Below, piece by piece: positions 27,184 to 38,494 of a stretch of DNA of 64,000 nucleotides. A program made the translations under genes and the position numbers. Each line of letters begins with the position of its first letter. Within the stretch, counting starts at the first letter, position 1. The DNA is from Chloroflexota bacterium (GTDB taxonomy: Bacteria; Chloroflexota; Dehalococcoidia; DSTF01; RBG-16-68-14). Below the pieces are notes generated by a model that made no database searches, was not told the origin of the DNA, and saw only the letters and a program-made list of their open reading frames with translations. The stretch is taken from positions 130,146 through 194,145 of the forward strand of contig JAJCYW010000021.1 in NCBI GenBank assembly GCA_029262675.1. The letters run 5' to 3'.

Positions 27184-27268
27184 ATACGCCGTAGGCGTAT
27201 GCCAAGCCATCGCCGAAGGCATGCGCCCAGCATACGCCTACGGCGTATGCCAAGCCATCGCCGAAGGC
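27184..27268. repeat. Two copies of a roughly 37-bp unit at 48-bp period, each beginning with a small hairpin (TACGCC-gta-GGCGTA and TACGCC-tac-GGCGTA), in a convergent intergenic region
   Basis: atacgccgtaggcgtatgccaagccatcgccgaaggc occurs at 27184-27220 and atacgcctacggcgtatgccaagccatcgccgaaggc at 27232-27268. Confidence 0.5.
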
Positions 27269-27275
27269 GATGGCC

Positions 27276-27929
27276 CTAGGCCTGCGGTTTGAGCGAACGC
27301 AACCGGCGTTCGACGTCGACGACGAGGTCATCGATGTCACGTTGTGGTCCTTCCGCCTCTGGATACCAGACCGTTACCACAGCCAGCACTGACCCGACTG
27401 TGAATGTGGTGCTATCGGAGTAGAGCAGCACCTCGCCGTCGAACGAACGCACGAGCCGTGAGCGGATCGCTCCCGGCAGGGGATCGTCGCTCGACGAGAA
27501 GTAGGTGCCGGAGTCGCCGGCCAGCGGATCCGGTATCAGCAGCGCGTCCTCCCTCACCAGCAGCCTGCTGAGGGGCGTCAGCGCGGCGTCGTCCTGAATA
27601 GCCTGAGGAATCGCGGCGGGGTCCTCTGTCTCGATGAACATTGTCGCTGCGCCGTGCAGGCCGGATTCCGTCTCAAAGACGCGCAGTATCAGGCGTGCGT
27701 CAGAATTGGCTGTCAGCAGGGCCGGCAGTGTATCCCAGAGCGCATCCCCCTGCGACTCCTCGATATCGGCGGGCTGCCAGTCGCGCGGCACGTCGCGAGA
27801 CGAGAGCGCCGCGCTCTCCAGCGTCGGCTGGCCGTCACTCGAGCAAGCGACGGCGAACAGCGCGATGACCGCGAGGAACGCTGCCGTCGTGACCGTGAGC
27901 CTGAGACCGCGAGTTCGTTTCACCAACAC
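27276..27929 (-). CDS. Hypothetical lipoprotein
   Basis: Signal peptide with lipobox LFAVACSS. No domain recognised. Confidence 0.4.
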   Translation of the reverse strand: MLVKRTRGLRLTVTTAAFLAVIALFAVACSSDGQPTLESAALSSRDVPRDWQPADIEESQGDALWDTLPALLTANSDARLILRVFETESGLHGAATMFIETEDPAAIPQAIQDDAALTPLSRLLVREDALLIPDPLAGDSGTYFSSSDDPLPGAIRSRLVRSFDGEVLLYSDSTTFTVGSVLAVVTVWYPEAEGPQRDIDDLVVDVERRLRSLKPQA

Positions 27930-28096
27930 TCTCCACCATTCCCAACGGCCCCCGCCACTTGGGCGTTACGCGGCGCGCGGACGTCATGCGGCGCGGCCGG
28001 CGCGACCGCCCCGCTCGGCCCGCAGCGCGCAGAGCGCACCGCGTGCTTGACTAGTCGACACGAAAGCGGATAGCCTTGGCCAACGAGGTACGATAA

Positions 28097-28426
28097 ATGC
28101 GCGAACTGGCCCAGCTTCTCAAGGGAAACACAGACGTCCTCATCCTCTCGCTGCTCGAGTCGGAGCCGATGTACGGCTACCAAGTCATCAAAGAGTTGGA
28201 GCAGCGGAGCGACGGGTTCTTTCAGCTCGGCGAGGGTACGCTCTACCCTGCCCTCCACAGGCTGGAGCGCGCGAAGCTTGTACGGGGGCGTTGGCGGAAG
28301 CTGGACGGCGGTCAGGAGCGCCGCTACTACTCGCTGACGCAGGAGGGCGAGAACCGGTTGCAGGAACAGACGAACGCCTGGGCGCGCTTCGCTTCAGCCG
28401 TGAACCTGATTATCAAGCCTGCATAG
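28097..28426 (+). CDS. PadR family transcriptional regulator
   Basis: LILSLLESEPMYGYQVIKELEQRSDGFFQLGEGTLYPALHRLERAKLV winged helix. Confidence 0.8.
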   Translation: MRELAQLLKGNTDVLILSLLESEPMYGYQVIKELEQRSDGFFQLGEGTLYPALHRLERAKLVRGRWRKLDGGQERRYYSLTQEGENRLQEQTNAWARFASAVNLIIKPA

Positions 28427-28442
28427 CGGCGGATGTTGCCCC

Positions 28443-29405
28443 GTGGCCGCTGACCTCAAGAGCTACATCCAACGTTTGCGCGCGCGCCTCGACCTCGACG
28501 CGGCCGTGGCGGACGACATCGTCCGCGAGATGGAGACGCACATCGAAGACCGGCTGGCGGAACTGCAGCGCGGCGGCATCGACAGCGACCATGCGCAGCG
28601 CTCGCTCAGCGAACGCCTGGGCAGGCCGACGGCGCTGGCACGAGAGTTCCAGCAGGCCTACGCCTCCGCCACGTGGAACGATGCGCTGACAGCGGCAGCG
28701 GCGTTTCTCTTCGTCGCCGCGCTCTATGCGACGCACCTCTGGAACCATCCCGCCGCCGTCTCCGGCGTCGCCGTCGTCGTCGTCGCCGCTACGCTCTACG
28801 GCCTGTGGCGAAGGCGGCCGCCGTGGTTCTACGCCTGGGCGGGGCTGGCGTTCACTCTGCTCTCATTTTGCGGCTACTTTGCGTTTGCACTGCTGCAACG
28901 CGCCTCGCAACCGATTGCCGACGGACAATTCGAGCCGCTGGCGATGCTGGGCGTCGGCGGAACACTGCTCTACGTGCCTCTGGCGCTCATCATCGCCGCG
29001 TCCTGCGTCCGCGCCGGCAGCCGCCGCGACTGGCTGGATGCATCCGTAATGCTCTCGCCTTCGGCGCCTGTGATCGTCTGGCTGGCCGCGCTCCACGAAC
29101 ACGGCGGCATCTTCGACGGCGCTGCGGAGATGGCGGTAGCCGACATGGCGCTTGCCTCGACGTTTATGCTGATGGCGGCGGCGGCGGGCCTGTTCGTCCG
29201 CCTGCGCAGCCGCCCCCAGAAGCTGGCCACGCTGATCGGCGCGGCGACGGTCACGCTGGCGACGATCACGGCGGTCTACGATCCCGGTGTTTCCCTGAAC
29301 GCGCTGACGGCGCGTACCGTGCTGCTATTCGGGTTCCTGCTGAGCCCGGCGCTGCTGGACGCGCTACCACTGCGTCCGTTCGGACCGACCGCACACCAGG
29401 ACTAA
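28443..29405 (+). CDS. PadR-associated polytopic membrane protein (putative sensor/anti-regulator partner)
   Basis: GTG start, N-terminal soluble helical region then about 6 transmembrane helices. This is the common gene pairing with PadR. Confidence 0.45.
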   Translation: MAADLKSYIQRLRARLDLDAAVADDIVREMETHIEDRLAELQRGGIDSDHAQRSLSERLGRPTALAREFQQAYASATWNDALTAAAAFLFVAALYATHLWNHPAAVSGVAVVVVAATLYGLWRRRPPWFYAWAGLAFTLLSFCGYFAFALLQRASQPIADGQFEPLAMLGVGGTLLYVPLALIIAASCVRAGSRRDWLDASVMLSPSAPVIVWLAALHEHGGIFDGAAEMAVADMALASTFMLMAAAAGLFVRLRSRPQKLATLIGAATVTLATITAVYDPGVSLNALTARTVLLFGFLLSPALLDALPLRPFGPTAHQD

Positions 29406-29537
29406 CTACCGAGCACGTCTCAGTCCTGACGACCACGTTCCCCGCAGTTCGTCTTGCCTTCCACGCTGGCTGGCACGCGGCGGCGGAGCGGTCAGCGGAG
29501 CAGCCAACGACGAGTGGTATAGTGCGTTCGTCGTACC

Positions 29538-30833
29538 ATGGCGCTCTTCTCCACGATCCGCACCCGAATCATCGACCCCCTGCGGGACAACGCGGCGCTG
29601 CTGATGGTCTGCGTCGCCACAGGCGTGATCATGCTCGGCCAGGGCGTGATCGCCCCGGTGCTGCCCCTCTACGCCAAGGACTTCGACGTCAGCACGACAA
29701 TGGTCGGTGCATCGATCAGCGTGTTCGGGCTAGCCCGCATCCTCTTCAACCTGCCCGCCGGTATGCTCTCCGACCGGCTGGGCCGTCGCCTCTTGCTGGT
29801 GGGCGGCCCGCTGATCACGGCTGCCGGCTCGTTCCTCTCAGCAGCAGCGGGCGATATCTGGTCGCTCCTCGCCTTTCGCTTCATCGCCGGCGCCGGATCG
29901 GCGCTCTTCATGACGGCCGGCATCACGCTTGTCACCGACATCTCAACGCCGGAGAACCGTGGCCGGATGCTCAGTCTGCATTTGGGCAGTCTCTTAATTG
30001 GAGTGAGCATCGGGCCCGCAGTCGGCGGTCTGACGGCCGAACTCGTCGGGCTGCGGGCGCCCTTCGTCCTCGTCGGTGCGCTATCGGCGGCCTGCGGGCT
30101 GTGGGCGCTGCGCGTCATGCCGGAAACGCACCATCGCGAGGCGCGTGATACCGCAGCCGAATCGGCGCGAGCGCACACCGAAGGCGGCGGCGTGCGGCCC
30201 GGGCTCCCGCCGCCGGTGTGCATGCGATCGCTGATTGGCAACGTTCCCCTGCTGCTCGTCAGCATGGTGACGTTCAGTATCTTCTTCACGCGAACAGGCG
30301 CGCGCCAGACCGTGCTGCCGCTTCAAGGCAACGAAGAGTTTGGAATCGGTGCGGGCGCCCTCGGCGCGATCTTCGCGATGATGGCCCTAATCAACTTGGC
30401 GGCGATCATACCGGCCGGTGCCTGGGCCGATCGCTTTGGCCGCAAGCGCGTGATCGTTCCCAGCGCGCTGCTGGCGGCAGGGGCGCTCGTGCTCTTCGCC
30501 GTGACGGACAACATCGGCCTGTTTCTCGTCGCGGCGGTGCTCCTGGCGTTCGGCACCGGCATCAGCGGACCCGCGCCGGCGGCCTACGCAGCGGACGTGA
30601 TACCAGACGAGTCGCGCGGACTGGGGATGGGGCTCTTCCGCACCTACAGCGACATCGGCTTCGTCGTCGGGCCGCTGCTGCTCGGCTGGATTGCCGACGC
30701 CAGCGGCGACTTCGCCTGGTCGCTCGCGTTCAACGCGGCGCTGATGGCGACAGCGGCACTGGCGTTTGGATTCTTCGCTCGCGAGACGGTTTCGTTTGCC
30801 AGCGGCGAAGAAGCGGCGGCCGAACCGCTGTAG
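29538..30833 (+). CDS. MFS transporter
   Basis: 12-TM layout with the MFS signature LSDRLGRR and a mid loop. Confidence 0.8.
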   Translation: MALFSTIRTRIIDPLRDNAALLMVCVATGVIMLGQGVIAPVLPLYAKDFDVSTTMVGASISVFGLARILFNLPAGMLSDRLGRRLLLVGGPLITAAGSFLSAAAGDIWSLLAFRFIAGAGSALFMTAGITLVTDISTPENRGRMLSLHLGSLLIGVSIGPAVGGLTAELVGLRAPFVLVGALSAACGLWALRVMPETHHREARDTAAESARAHTEGGGVRPGLPPPVCMRSLIGNVPLLLVSMVTFSIFFTRTGARQTVLPLQGNEEFGIGAGALGAIFAMMALINLAAIIPAGAWADRFGRKRVIVPSALLAAGALVLFAVTDNIGLFLVAAVLLAFGTGISGPAPAAYAADVIPDESRGLGMGLFRTYSDIGFVVGPLLLGWIADASGDFAWSLAFNAALMATAALAFGFFARETVSFASGEEAAAEPL

Positions 30834-31048
30834 CCGCCCAGTCAGATGTTCTGAAGGGAGAAAGAGAAGCACCCCGGCGACGGCCTATTTTCCCCGAGGG
30901 TTGCCCCTCCAGTATCGTTAGCGCTGAGACGTTTCACTTCCGTGTTCGGGATGGGAACGGGTGGTTCCGCCTCGCTCTAGTCACCGAGGTACTATCGCGT
31001 GAAAGGTAGCAGACGCGGCGGCGACGGACAAGGCGGCCCGCTAGATAG

Positions 31049-32878
31049 CTAGCCGGCCTGCCAGACGACTGCGCATTCCGCGGGCAGCTGGATACGCCCG
31101 GGTGGCTGTATCGCGAGAGCGGCCAAATCGGAACCAGGCCCGGCGAAGCGTTCCTCGGCCGTAGCGAGCAACGGTGTCCAGGCGCGCTGCGCGATCTCGG
31201 CCGGCCAGTCGCCCGCCGCGAGGTCAACCTCAGCGGCCGCGCCGAAGTTCGCGGCGAGGAGCCTCTGCCCGTCGCCCTCGCCTCGCACCATCGCAACCAC
31301 ATCCCGCCCGAGCGCGATGGCTTGCAGCCGCTCGCGCGTCCTGCTGGCGAACGCGGGCTCCTCGCGGCGGATGCGCAGCAACTCCTGATACAGCAGCCGC
31401 ACGCCGCTTCCAGGCGCTTCCCGTTCTTCTCCGACGACGAGCTTCGAACGCTCGAACGTCGTCTCTGACTGCGGGTCGGGCATCTCGACGGCGTCTGGCC
31501 AGAGCCAGTCGAACTCTCTGCGCCGGCCCTCCACGACCTGGTCGGCCAGCTCCGGCTTGTGGTCCGTGAAGAAGAGAAACGGCGACGACGCCGCGAACTC
31601 GTCGCCCATGAAGATCAGCGGTGTGTAGGGCGACAGCAACAGCAGCGCGACCGCTGCCTTGTACCGTTCTAGGCCGGCGAGCTGATGCAGGCGCTCGCCA
31701 TGGAGGCGATTGCCGACTTGGTCGTGATTCTGAAGACAGTGGACGAAAGCGGAAGGCGGGATCGTCAGCGCGTCATCATACTGAAAGAGCGTGCCGCTGC
31801 GCAGCACGGCCGCAACCTCCTCGGCAGTGCCTCTATACACCTCGAAATACCCCTCGCGTTCGCCCGTAAGCAGGACGTGGACGGCATGATGAAAATCGTC
31901 GAGCCAGAGCGCGTCCAGCCCGTAGCCGCCCGCCTCACCAGCCGCCCTCACCGTCCGCAGGTCGCTGAGATCGTGTTCGGCGATTAGGAGTGGGCGGCGC
32001 CCGGGAAGCGCACGCTCGCGCACGGTTTCGGCCAGCTCGGCGAGGATGTGCGGATTGCCGTCGTCATGGAGCTCCTGGGTGGCGTCCAGGCGAAAGCCAT
32101 CGATGTGGTACTCCCGCAGCCACATCACGGCGTTGTCCAGCACGAAGTCGCGGACGCCGCGGCTGTTCGCGCCGTCGAAGTTGACGGCGTCACCCCACGG
32201 CGTCTGGTGGCGGTCGGTGAAGTAGTCGGGGGAGTACCGAGGCAGGTAGTTGCCGTCCGAGCCCACGTGGTTGTAGACGACGTCCAGGATCACGCCGAGG
32301 CCGTGGGTGTGTGCGGCATCGACGAGGCGCCGTAAGCCTTCTGAACCGCCGTAGGCGCCGCTGGGCGCGAAGAGCGACGCGCCGTCGTAGCCCCAGTTGC
32401 GTTGGCCGGGAAACTCAGCGACGGGCATCAGCTCGAGCGCGGTGATGCCCAACTCCCGTAGGTCGCCTAGGCGATCGACTAGGGCGTCGAACGTCCCCGT
32501 CTCCGTGTACGTACCAACGTGGCACTCGTAGATCACAAGCGTGTTCGGGTCCAGGCCGCTCCAGGCATCGTCCGTCCAGGCGAAGGCGGCGGGATCGATC
32601 ACTTGCGAAGGGCCGTGTACGCCCTCCGGCTGGCTGCGCGAGTACGGATCGGGATAGCCCCAGTCGTTGTTCAACCGGTAGCGGTAGAACATGCCGGCCA
32701 CGCCAGCCATCTCCGCGCTCCAGACATCGCCGTCCATTCGCTCCATCGCGAGACGTTCGACGTTTTCTTCTCGCGGGTAGACTTCGACTTCCACGCTGGT
32801 GGCCGCGGGCGCCCAGACGCGGAACTGGACGCGGCCGCCGGCGATTACCGACGCGCCGAGCGGGAGCTGGTCTGTCAT
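31049..32878 (-). CDS. treZ: Malto-oligosyltrehalose trehalohydrolase (GH13)
   Basis: GH13 catalytic regions (DVVYNHVG, GFRLDA, EHDL, FHHAVH-like, QNHDQVGNR) and an N-terminal CBM48-like domain. Confidence 0.85.
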   Translation of the reverse strand: MTDQLPLGASVIAGGRVQFRVWAPAATSVEVEVYPREENVERLAMERMDGDVWSAEMAGVAGMFYRYRLNNDWGYPDPYSRSQPEGVHGPSQVIDPAAFAWTDDAWSGLDPNTLVIYECHVGTYTETGTFDALVDRLGDLRELGITALELMPVAEFPGQRNWGYDGASLFAPSGAYGGSEGLRRLVDAAHTHGLGVILDVVYNHVGSDGNYLPRYSPDYFTDRHQTPWGDAVNFDGANSRGVRDFVLDNAVMWLREYHIDGFRLDATQELHDDGNPHILAELAETVRERALPGRRPLLIAEHDLSDLRTVRAAGEAGGYGLDALWLDDFHHAVHVLLTGEREGYFEVYRGTAEEVAAVLRSGTLFQYDDALTIPPSAFVHCLQNHDQVGNRLHGERLHQLAGLERYKAAVALLLLSPYTPLIFMGDEFAASSPFLFFTDHKPELADQVVEGRRREFDWLWPDAVEMPDPQSETTFERSKLVVGEEREAPGSGVRLLYQELLRIRREEPAFASRTRERLQAIALGRDVVAMVRGEGDGQRLLAANFGAAAEVDLAAGDWPAEIAQRAWTPLLATAEERFAGPGSDLAALAIQPPGRIQLPAECAVVWQAG

Positions 32879-33019
32879 TGCGGCCTAGTGTAACGCACGA
32901 CCGCTGCGCCGGCGCGATGCGGCTACGATCGTCGCGTGAGCACCATGAACGCGCGCGGTGCGGCGACGGCGGATTATGGGCTGCTTGCCGATCACAGCCA
33001 CACCGGCAGGGCCGGACGT

Positions 33020-33364
33020 CTACTGCGGGGTATCGACAGGCTCTCCGGCTTTGATCCAGGCCTCGGTGCCGCCTTCCAGGTTGTACAGCACATCCGGTTG
33101 GAGTCCGGCCGCGGCCGCCATCTCGCAACCGAGCGCGCTGCGCTGGCCGAAAGCGCAGACGAAGATGATCTTGCCGTCCTTGGGCAATTCCTCGCGGCGG
33201 TCGAAGACGTTGCCTACGGGGATAATCGCAGCGCCCGGCACGTGACCGGTGGCGTACTCGTGCGGTTCGCGGACGTCGATCACGCGCGCGCCATTGCTCA
33301 GCATCTGCTTCGCCTCTTCGACGGTGATGCGATGGAACGGTTCCTGTGGGTTCTTGGTCGGCAT
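33020..33364 (-). CDS. Rhodanese-domain sulfurtransferase (single domain)
   Basis: RVIDVREPHEY...CAFGQRS active-site Cys loop. The start is chosen at MPTKN after GAAAGG. Confidence 0.7.
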   Translation of the reverse strand: MPTKNPQEPFHRITVEEAKQMLSNGARVIDVREPHEYATGHVPGAAIIPVGNVFDRREELPKDGKIIFVCAFGQRSALGCEMAAAAGLQPDVLYNLEGGTEAWIKAGEPVDTPQ

Positions 33365-33529
33365 CGAGTTACCTTTCGCCTCAATTGAGTGTGTATATAA
33401 CAAGCCTACCAGATGACGTAAATGACCCGCTACGCGCCCGTTCCCGCGCGATTGACGGCTTCCCTTCAGCTAGGCTAAGCTCCCTAACGCGAACCTCCCT
33501 ACGCGAAGGACCCGGCCGAGGAGCCTGCC

Positions 33530-35267
<1,738 letters not shown>

Positions 35268-35275
<8 letters not shown>

Positions 35276-35741
35276 GAGGCGCAAGGTGGCGGACACTAAC
35301 AAATCACGAGCCGACATCCTCGTGCTACAAAACACGTGGAAAGCGCTACTACAGAATGGAAAGTACGCGGACGCAATTGATACTGCAATCGAGATTACTC
35401 ACATCGCGAGTGCAACAGATACGACCAATTTCGTGAGAGCCTATCGCCCCTTAGTCATGACGCTTGTGTCCATGGCCGAGCACCTACCCGATCGATCAGT
35501 CCAAGCATTGGCGGCGGCCGAGGAGTGCTGCGTTCAAATGCTAGATGCTTTGCCCGGCGACCCCTGGGCCCAGGACCACTTGCGAGAAATCAGAAGGAAA
35601 ACGCATAAGGAGAAAGTCTACGAGAACCGATGCTGGAAGTGCCAGCAGACCATCACATCTCTCCTGTCCCCACGCTGCCCCAAATGCCGATTCTTCCAGT
35701 GCCTGGACTGCGCTGCCTGTTTGTGCGGATTTGCTCGATAG
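35268..35741 (+). CDS. Hypothetical protein with a C-terminal Cys-rich (zinc-ribbon-like) tail
   Basis: CWKCQQ...[17 protein letters not shown]. Visibly lower GC than its neighbours. It overlaps the acyl-CoA synthetase stop by 8 nt. Confidence 0.3.
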
Positions 35742-35788
35742 ACACTTGAATAACGAATCTTCGACTGATCGATAGAAGGGTCAGAGAG

Positions 35789-36964
35789 TTGACGACCTCG
35801 CCACGCAAGACCTCTCGCCGCTCGTTCCTGCGCGGAGCGGCCCTCACCAGCGCTGGCCTCGCCGGCGCATATGCGCTCGGCTGCAGCAGCGGCGACAATG
35901 ATGCGGGCCCCGGCGACGGCGGCACTCCCGCCGACGGCCCGCTACCTACTGTCACGCCCATACCTGAAGCGCCTTCGCTGCGCTGGCAGGAGCTGTCGCC
36001 GCCGGGCGCGCTGCCGCCGCCGCGCCGCGACCATTCGCTCGTGCTGTCGCCGGCGGACGGGCTGCTCTACGTCTACGGCGGTCATGACAGTGACGGCGAG
36101 CTGGGCGACCTCTGGCAGTTCGATGTCGGCGCAGAGGAGTGGACGGAGCTATCGCCAGAGGGCCCGGCGGCGCGTTTCGGCCACAACGCCTTCTTCGACG
36201 AGCCGACAGGTCGCATGTACGTCTTCGGCGGCCAAGCCGGCAGCGACTTCTTCAACGACCTTTGGAGCTACGACCCGGCCGCCGAAAGCTGGACCGAACT
36301 CTCGCCGGAAGGCCCGCTGCCGGAAGCCCGCTACGGCGCGGCTGGCGCGCGGCGACCCAGCCCCGCGAATCTGTCCACGTCCGAAACGCCGGGGCCGGAG
36401 TCTGCCGTGGCCGACCCGCTCCCCGGCCAGATCCTGGTCTCGCACGGCTTCACGCACAGCGGCCGCTTCGCCGACACGTGGCAGTTCGACATCGAGAGTG
36501 GCGTCTGGAGCGAGGTGACGCCGGAAGACGAGCCGCCTGAGGCCCGCTGCCTGCTGCGCGGCGTCTGGGACACCGTGCGCAGGCGGATGGTGATCTACGG
36601 CGGCCAGGCCGTGAGCTCCCCGTTCCTCGACGACCTCTGGACGCTGTCGGACAAAGGTTGGACTCCGCTGACGCGCGTGCCAAACGGCGGCCCGCGCAAC
36701 CTCTATGCCATGGCCTTCGCCCATCAGCGGCTGCAACTCCTCATTTTCGGCGGCAATACGCCGGCGGGCCCGGCGAACGATGTCTGGCAGTTCGATGCCG
36801 TCGACGAGTTTTGGCGGCAAGATCAGATCGTCAACGAACCGCCGTCGCCGCGCTTCTCGCACGACGGCGTCTGGATCGAAGAATCGGAAATGTTCCTGTT
36901 CTTCGGCGGCTTCGATGGCGCCGCCGACCTAAACGACCTCTGGACGCTGGCGGCGACCTCCTAG
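35789..36964 (+). CDS. Kelch-repeat (beta-propeller) lipoprotein with a TAT-like signal
   Basis: RRSFLRGAAL twin-arginine motif, lipobox LGCSSG, and repeated Kelch blades (LYVYGG..., MYVFGG..., MVIYGG..., LLIFGG..., MFLFFGG). Confidence 0.7.
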   Translation: MTTSPRKTSRRSFLRGAALTSAGLAGAYALGCSSGDNDAGPGDGGTPADGPLPTVTPIPEAPSLRWQELSPPGALPPPRRDHSLVLSPADGLLYVYGGHDSDGELGDLWQFDVGAEEWTELSPEGPAARFGHNAFFDEPTGRMYVFGGQAGSDFFNDLWSYDPAAESWTELSPEGPLPEARYGAAGARRPSPANLSTSETPGPESAVADPLPGQILVSHGFTHSGRFADTWQFDIESGVWSEVTPEDEPPEARCLLRGVWDTVRRRMVIYGGQAVSSPFLDDLWTLSDKGWTPLTRVPNGGPRNLYAMAFAHQRLQLLIFGGNTPAGPANDVWQFDAVDEFWRQDQIVNEPPSPRFSHDGVWIEESEMFLFFGGFDGAADLNDLWTLAATS

Positions 36965-37110
36965 ACCCGATTCGACCCGTGTCGCGGCGCTCTGCGACCA
37001 CAGCAGTGTGGTATTCTATGTGGGGCCAGTAACGCCCACACCAACCACCCTCGACACCAGCAACGCCAGCCACGACAAGGCCTGCGAGAGGAAGAGAAGG
37101 AGACGCCCGC

Positions 37111-38472
37111 ATGATAACCGCCACGTCGATCAACGCCGAGCGTGTCTACTACAACTTCGACGGCAAGCTGCCCCCGATTCCGATGGAAGACGAGCCGGTG
37201 CTGCCACCCGCGACGGACGACGGGCCGAGGCTGATCACCGACACTACCCTCCGCGACGGCGCGCAGGACAGCCGCGTCGCGCTGTTCCCGCACGAAACGC
37301 GCATACGCTACTACGACCTGCTGCACCGGCTGGACAACGGCACCGGCACGATCTACGCCGTCGAGGCCTTCATCTACCAGAAGCGCGACGCCTGGACGAT
37401 TGAACAGCTCCTGGATCGCGGATACGAGTGGCCGAAGGTCACGACGTGGACGCGGGCGACGCCTAAAGATATCAAGCTGCTGGTGGACCTGTCGCAGGGG
37501 CGGATCAAGGAGACCGGCATGCTGGCCTCCGCGTCCGACCACCACATCTTCGATAAGCTCGGCTTCCGCAGCAAGGAAGAGGCGATCGAGAAGTACCTGC
37601 AGCCTGTCGAGACGGCGCTGGAGAACGACATCGTTCCCCGCATCCACCTGGAGGACTGCACCCGCGCCGACATCTTCGGCTGGGTGATTCCCTTCATGCA
37701 GCGGGCGCTGGAGCTAAGCGAAGGCATCGCCAAGTTCCGCATCTGCGACACCATTGGCTGGGGCGTACCCGACCCATTCGCCGCGCTGCCGTGGGGCATC
37801 CCGCGGCTCTTCTCGACGATCAAGGCGGAGACGGGCGCGGAGCTGGAGTTCCACGGGCACAACGACTTCGGCCTGGCGACCGCCAACTCGATCGCAGCGT
37901 GGCGCTACGGCGGTACCAAGGTCAACGTCGCGTTTGGCGGCCTCGGCGAGCGCACGGGCAACTGCGCGCTGGAGCAAATGGTCGCCGCCAAGATTCGCCT
38001 CGACGGCGACCCCGGCTTCGACCTGACGGCGCTGGAGGAGATGAAGACGCTGATCCACGGCGAGGTCACTCCCCTGCCCGACCGCGCGCCAATTATCGGC
38101 GAAGTCTTTACAACGTCGGCCGGCATCCACCAGGCCGGCGTCGCGGCGCAGGCCGACGCGCCCGGCGGACTGATCTACCTGCCGTTCGAGGCCTCGCTCT
38201 TCGGCCGCGACACGGTCGAGCTGAGCCGCCTCGGTTCGCTCTCCGGTGCGGAAGGCATCGTCTCGCTCCTTAACAGGTCGATGCAGGACCGCGGCAGCGA
38301 GCAGCGTTTCTCCGCCACCAGCCGCGTGGTCAAGAAGATCTACGACCGCATCCAGGAAGAGTACGACGGCGCGCTGGACGAATCGGCCAACACCTACTCA
38401 GACTACCGCCGCGACTTCTACACCTCGGACGAGGTCGTCGCCATGGCGGAGGGCTTCGGGGCAATAGAGTAG
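37111..38472 (+). CDS. HMGL-like/DRE-TIM metallolyase family protein (isopropylmalate/homocitrate/citramalate synthase-like)
   Basis: LITDTTLRDGAQ and HGHNDFGLATANS motifs. Confidence 0.7.
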   Translation: MITATSINAERVYYNFDGKLPPIPMEDEPVLPPATDDGPRLITDTTLRDGAQDSRVALFPHETRIRYYDLLHRLDNGTGTIYAVEAFIYQKRDAWTIEQLLDRGYEWPKVTTWTRATPKDIKLLVDLSQGRIKETGMLASASDHHIFDKLGFRSKEEAIEKYLQPVETALENDIVPRIHLEDCTRADIFGWVIPFMQRALELSEGIAKFRICDTIGWGVPDPFAALPWGIPRLFSTIKAETGAELEFHGHNDFGLATANSIAAWRYGGTKVNVAFGGLGERTGNCALEQMVAAKIRLDGDPGFDLTALEEMKTLIHGEVTPLPDRAPIIGEVFTTSAGIHQAGVAAQADAPGGLIYLPFEASLFGRDTVELSRLGSLSGAEGIVSLLNRSMQDRGSEQRFSATSRVVKKIYDRIQEEYDGALDESANTYSDYRRDFYTSDEVVAMAEGFGAIE

Positions 38473-38494
38473 GCGGGCCGCTGGCGCGGCCCGG

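Noticed and set aside
27184-27268. CRISPR array
   Set aside because: Only two repeat copies with a 12-bp spacer equivalent and no further repeats or cas genes. No CRISPR-like arrays were seen anywhere in the window.
28673-30148. 491-aa Arg-rich plus-strand ORF
   Set aside because: An alternative frame overlapping the PadR-associated membrane protein and MFS transporter genes. A composition artefact.
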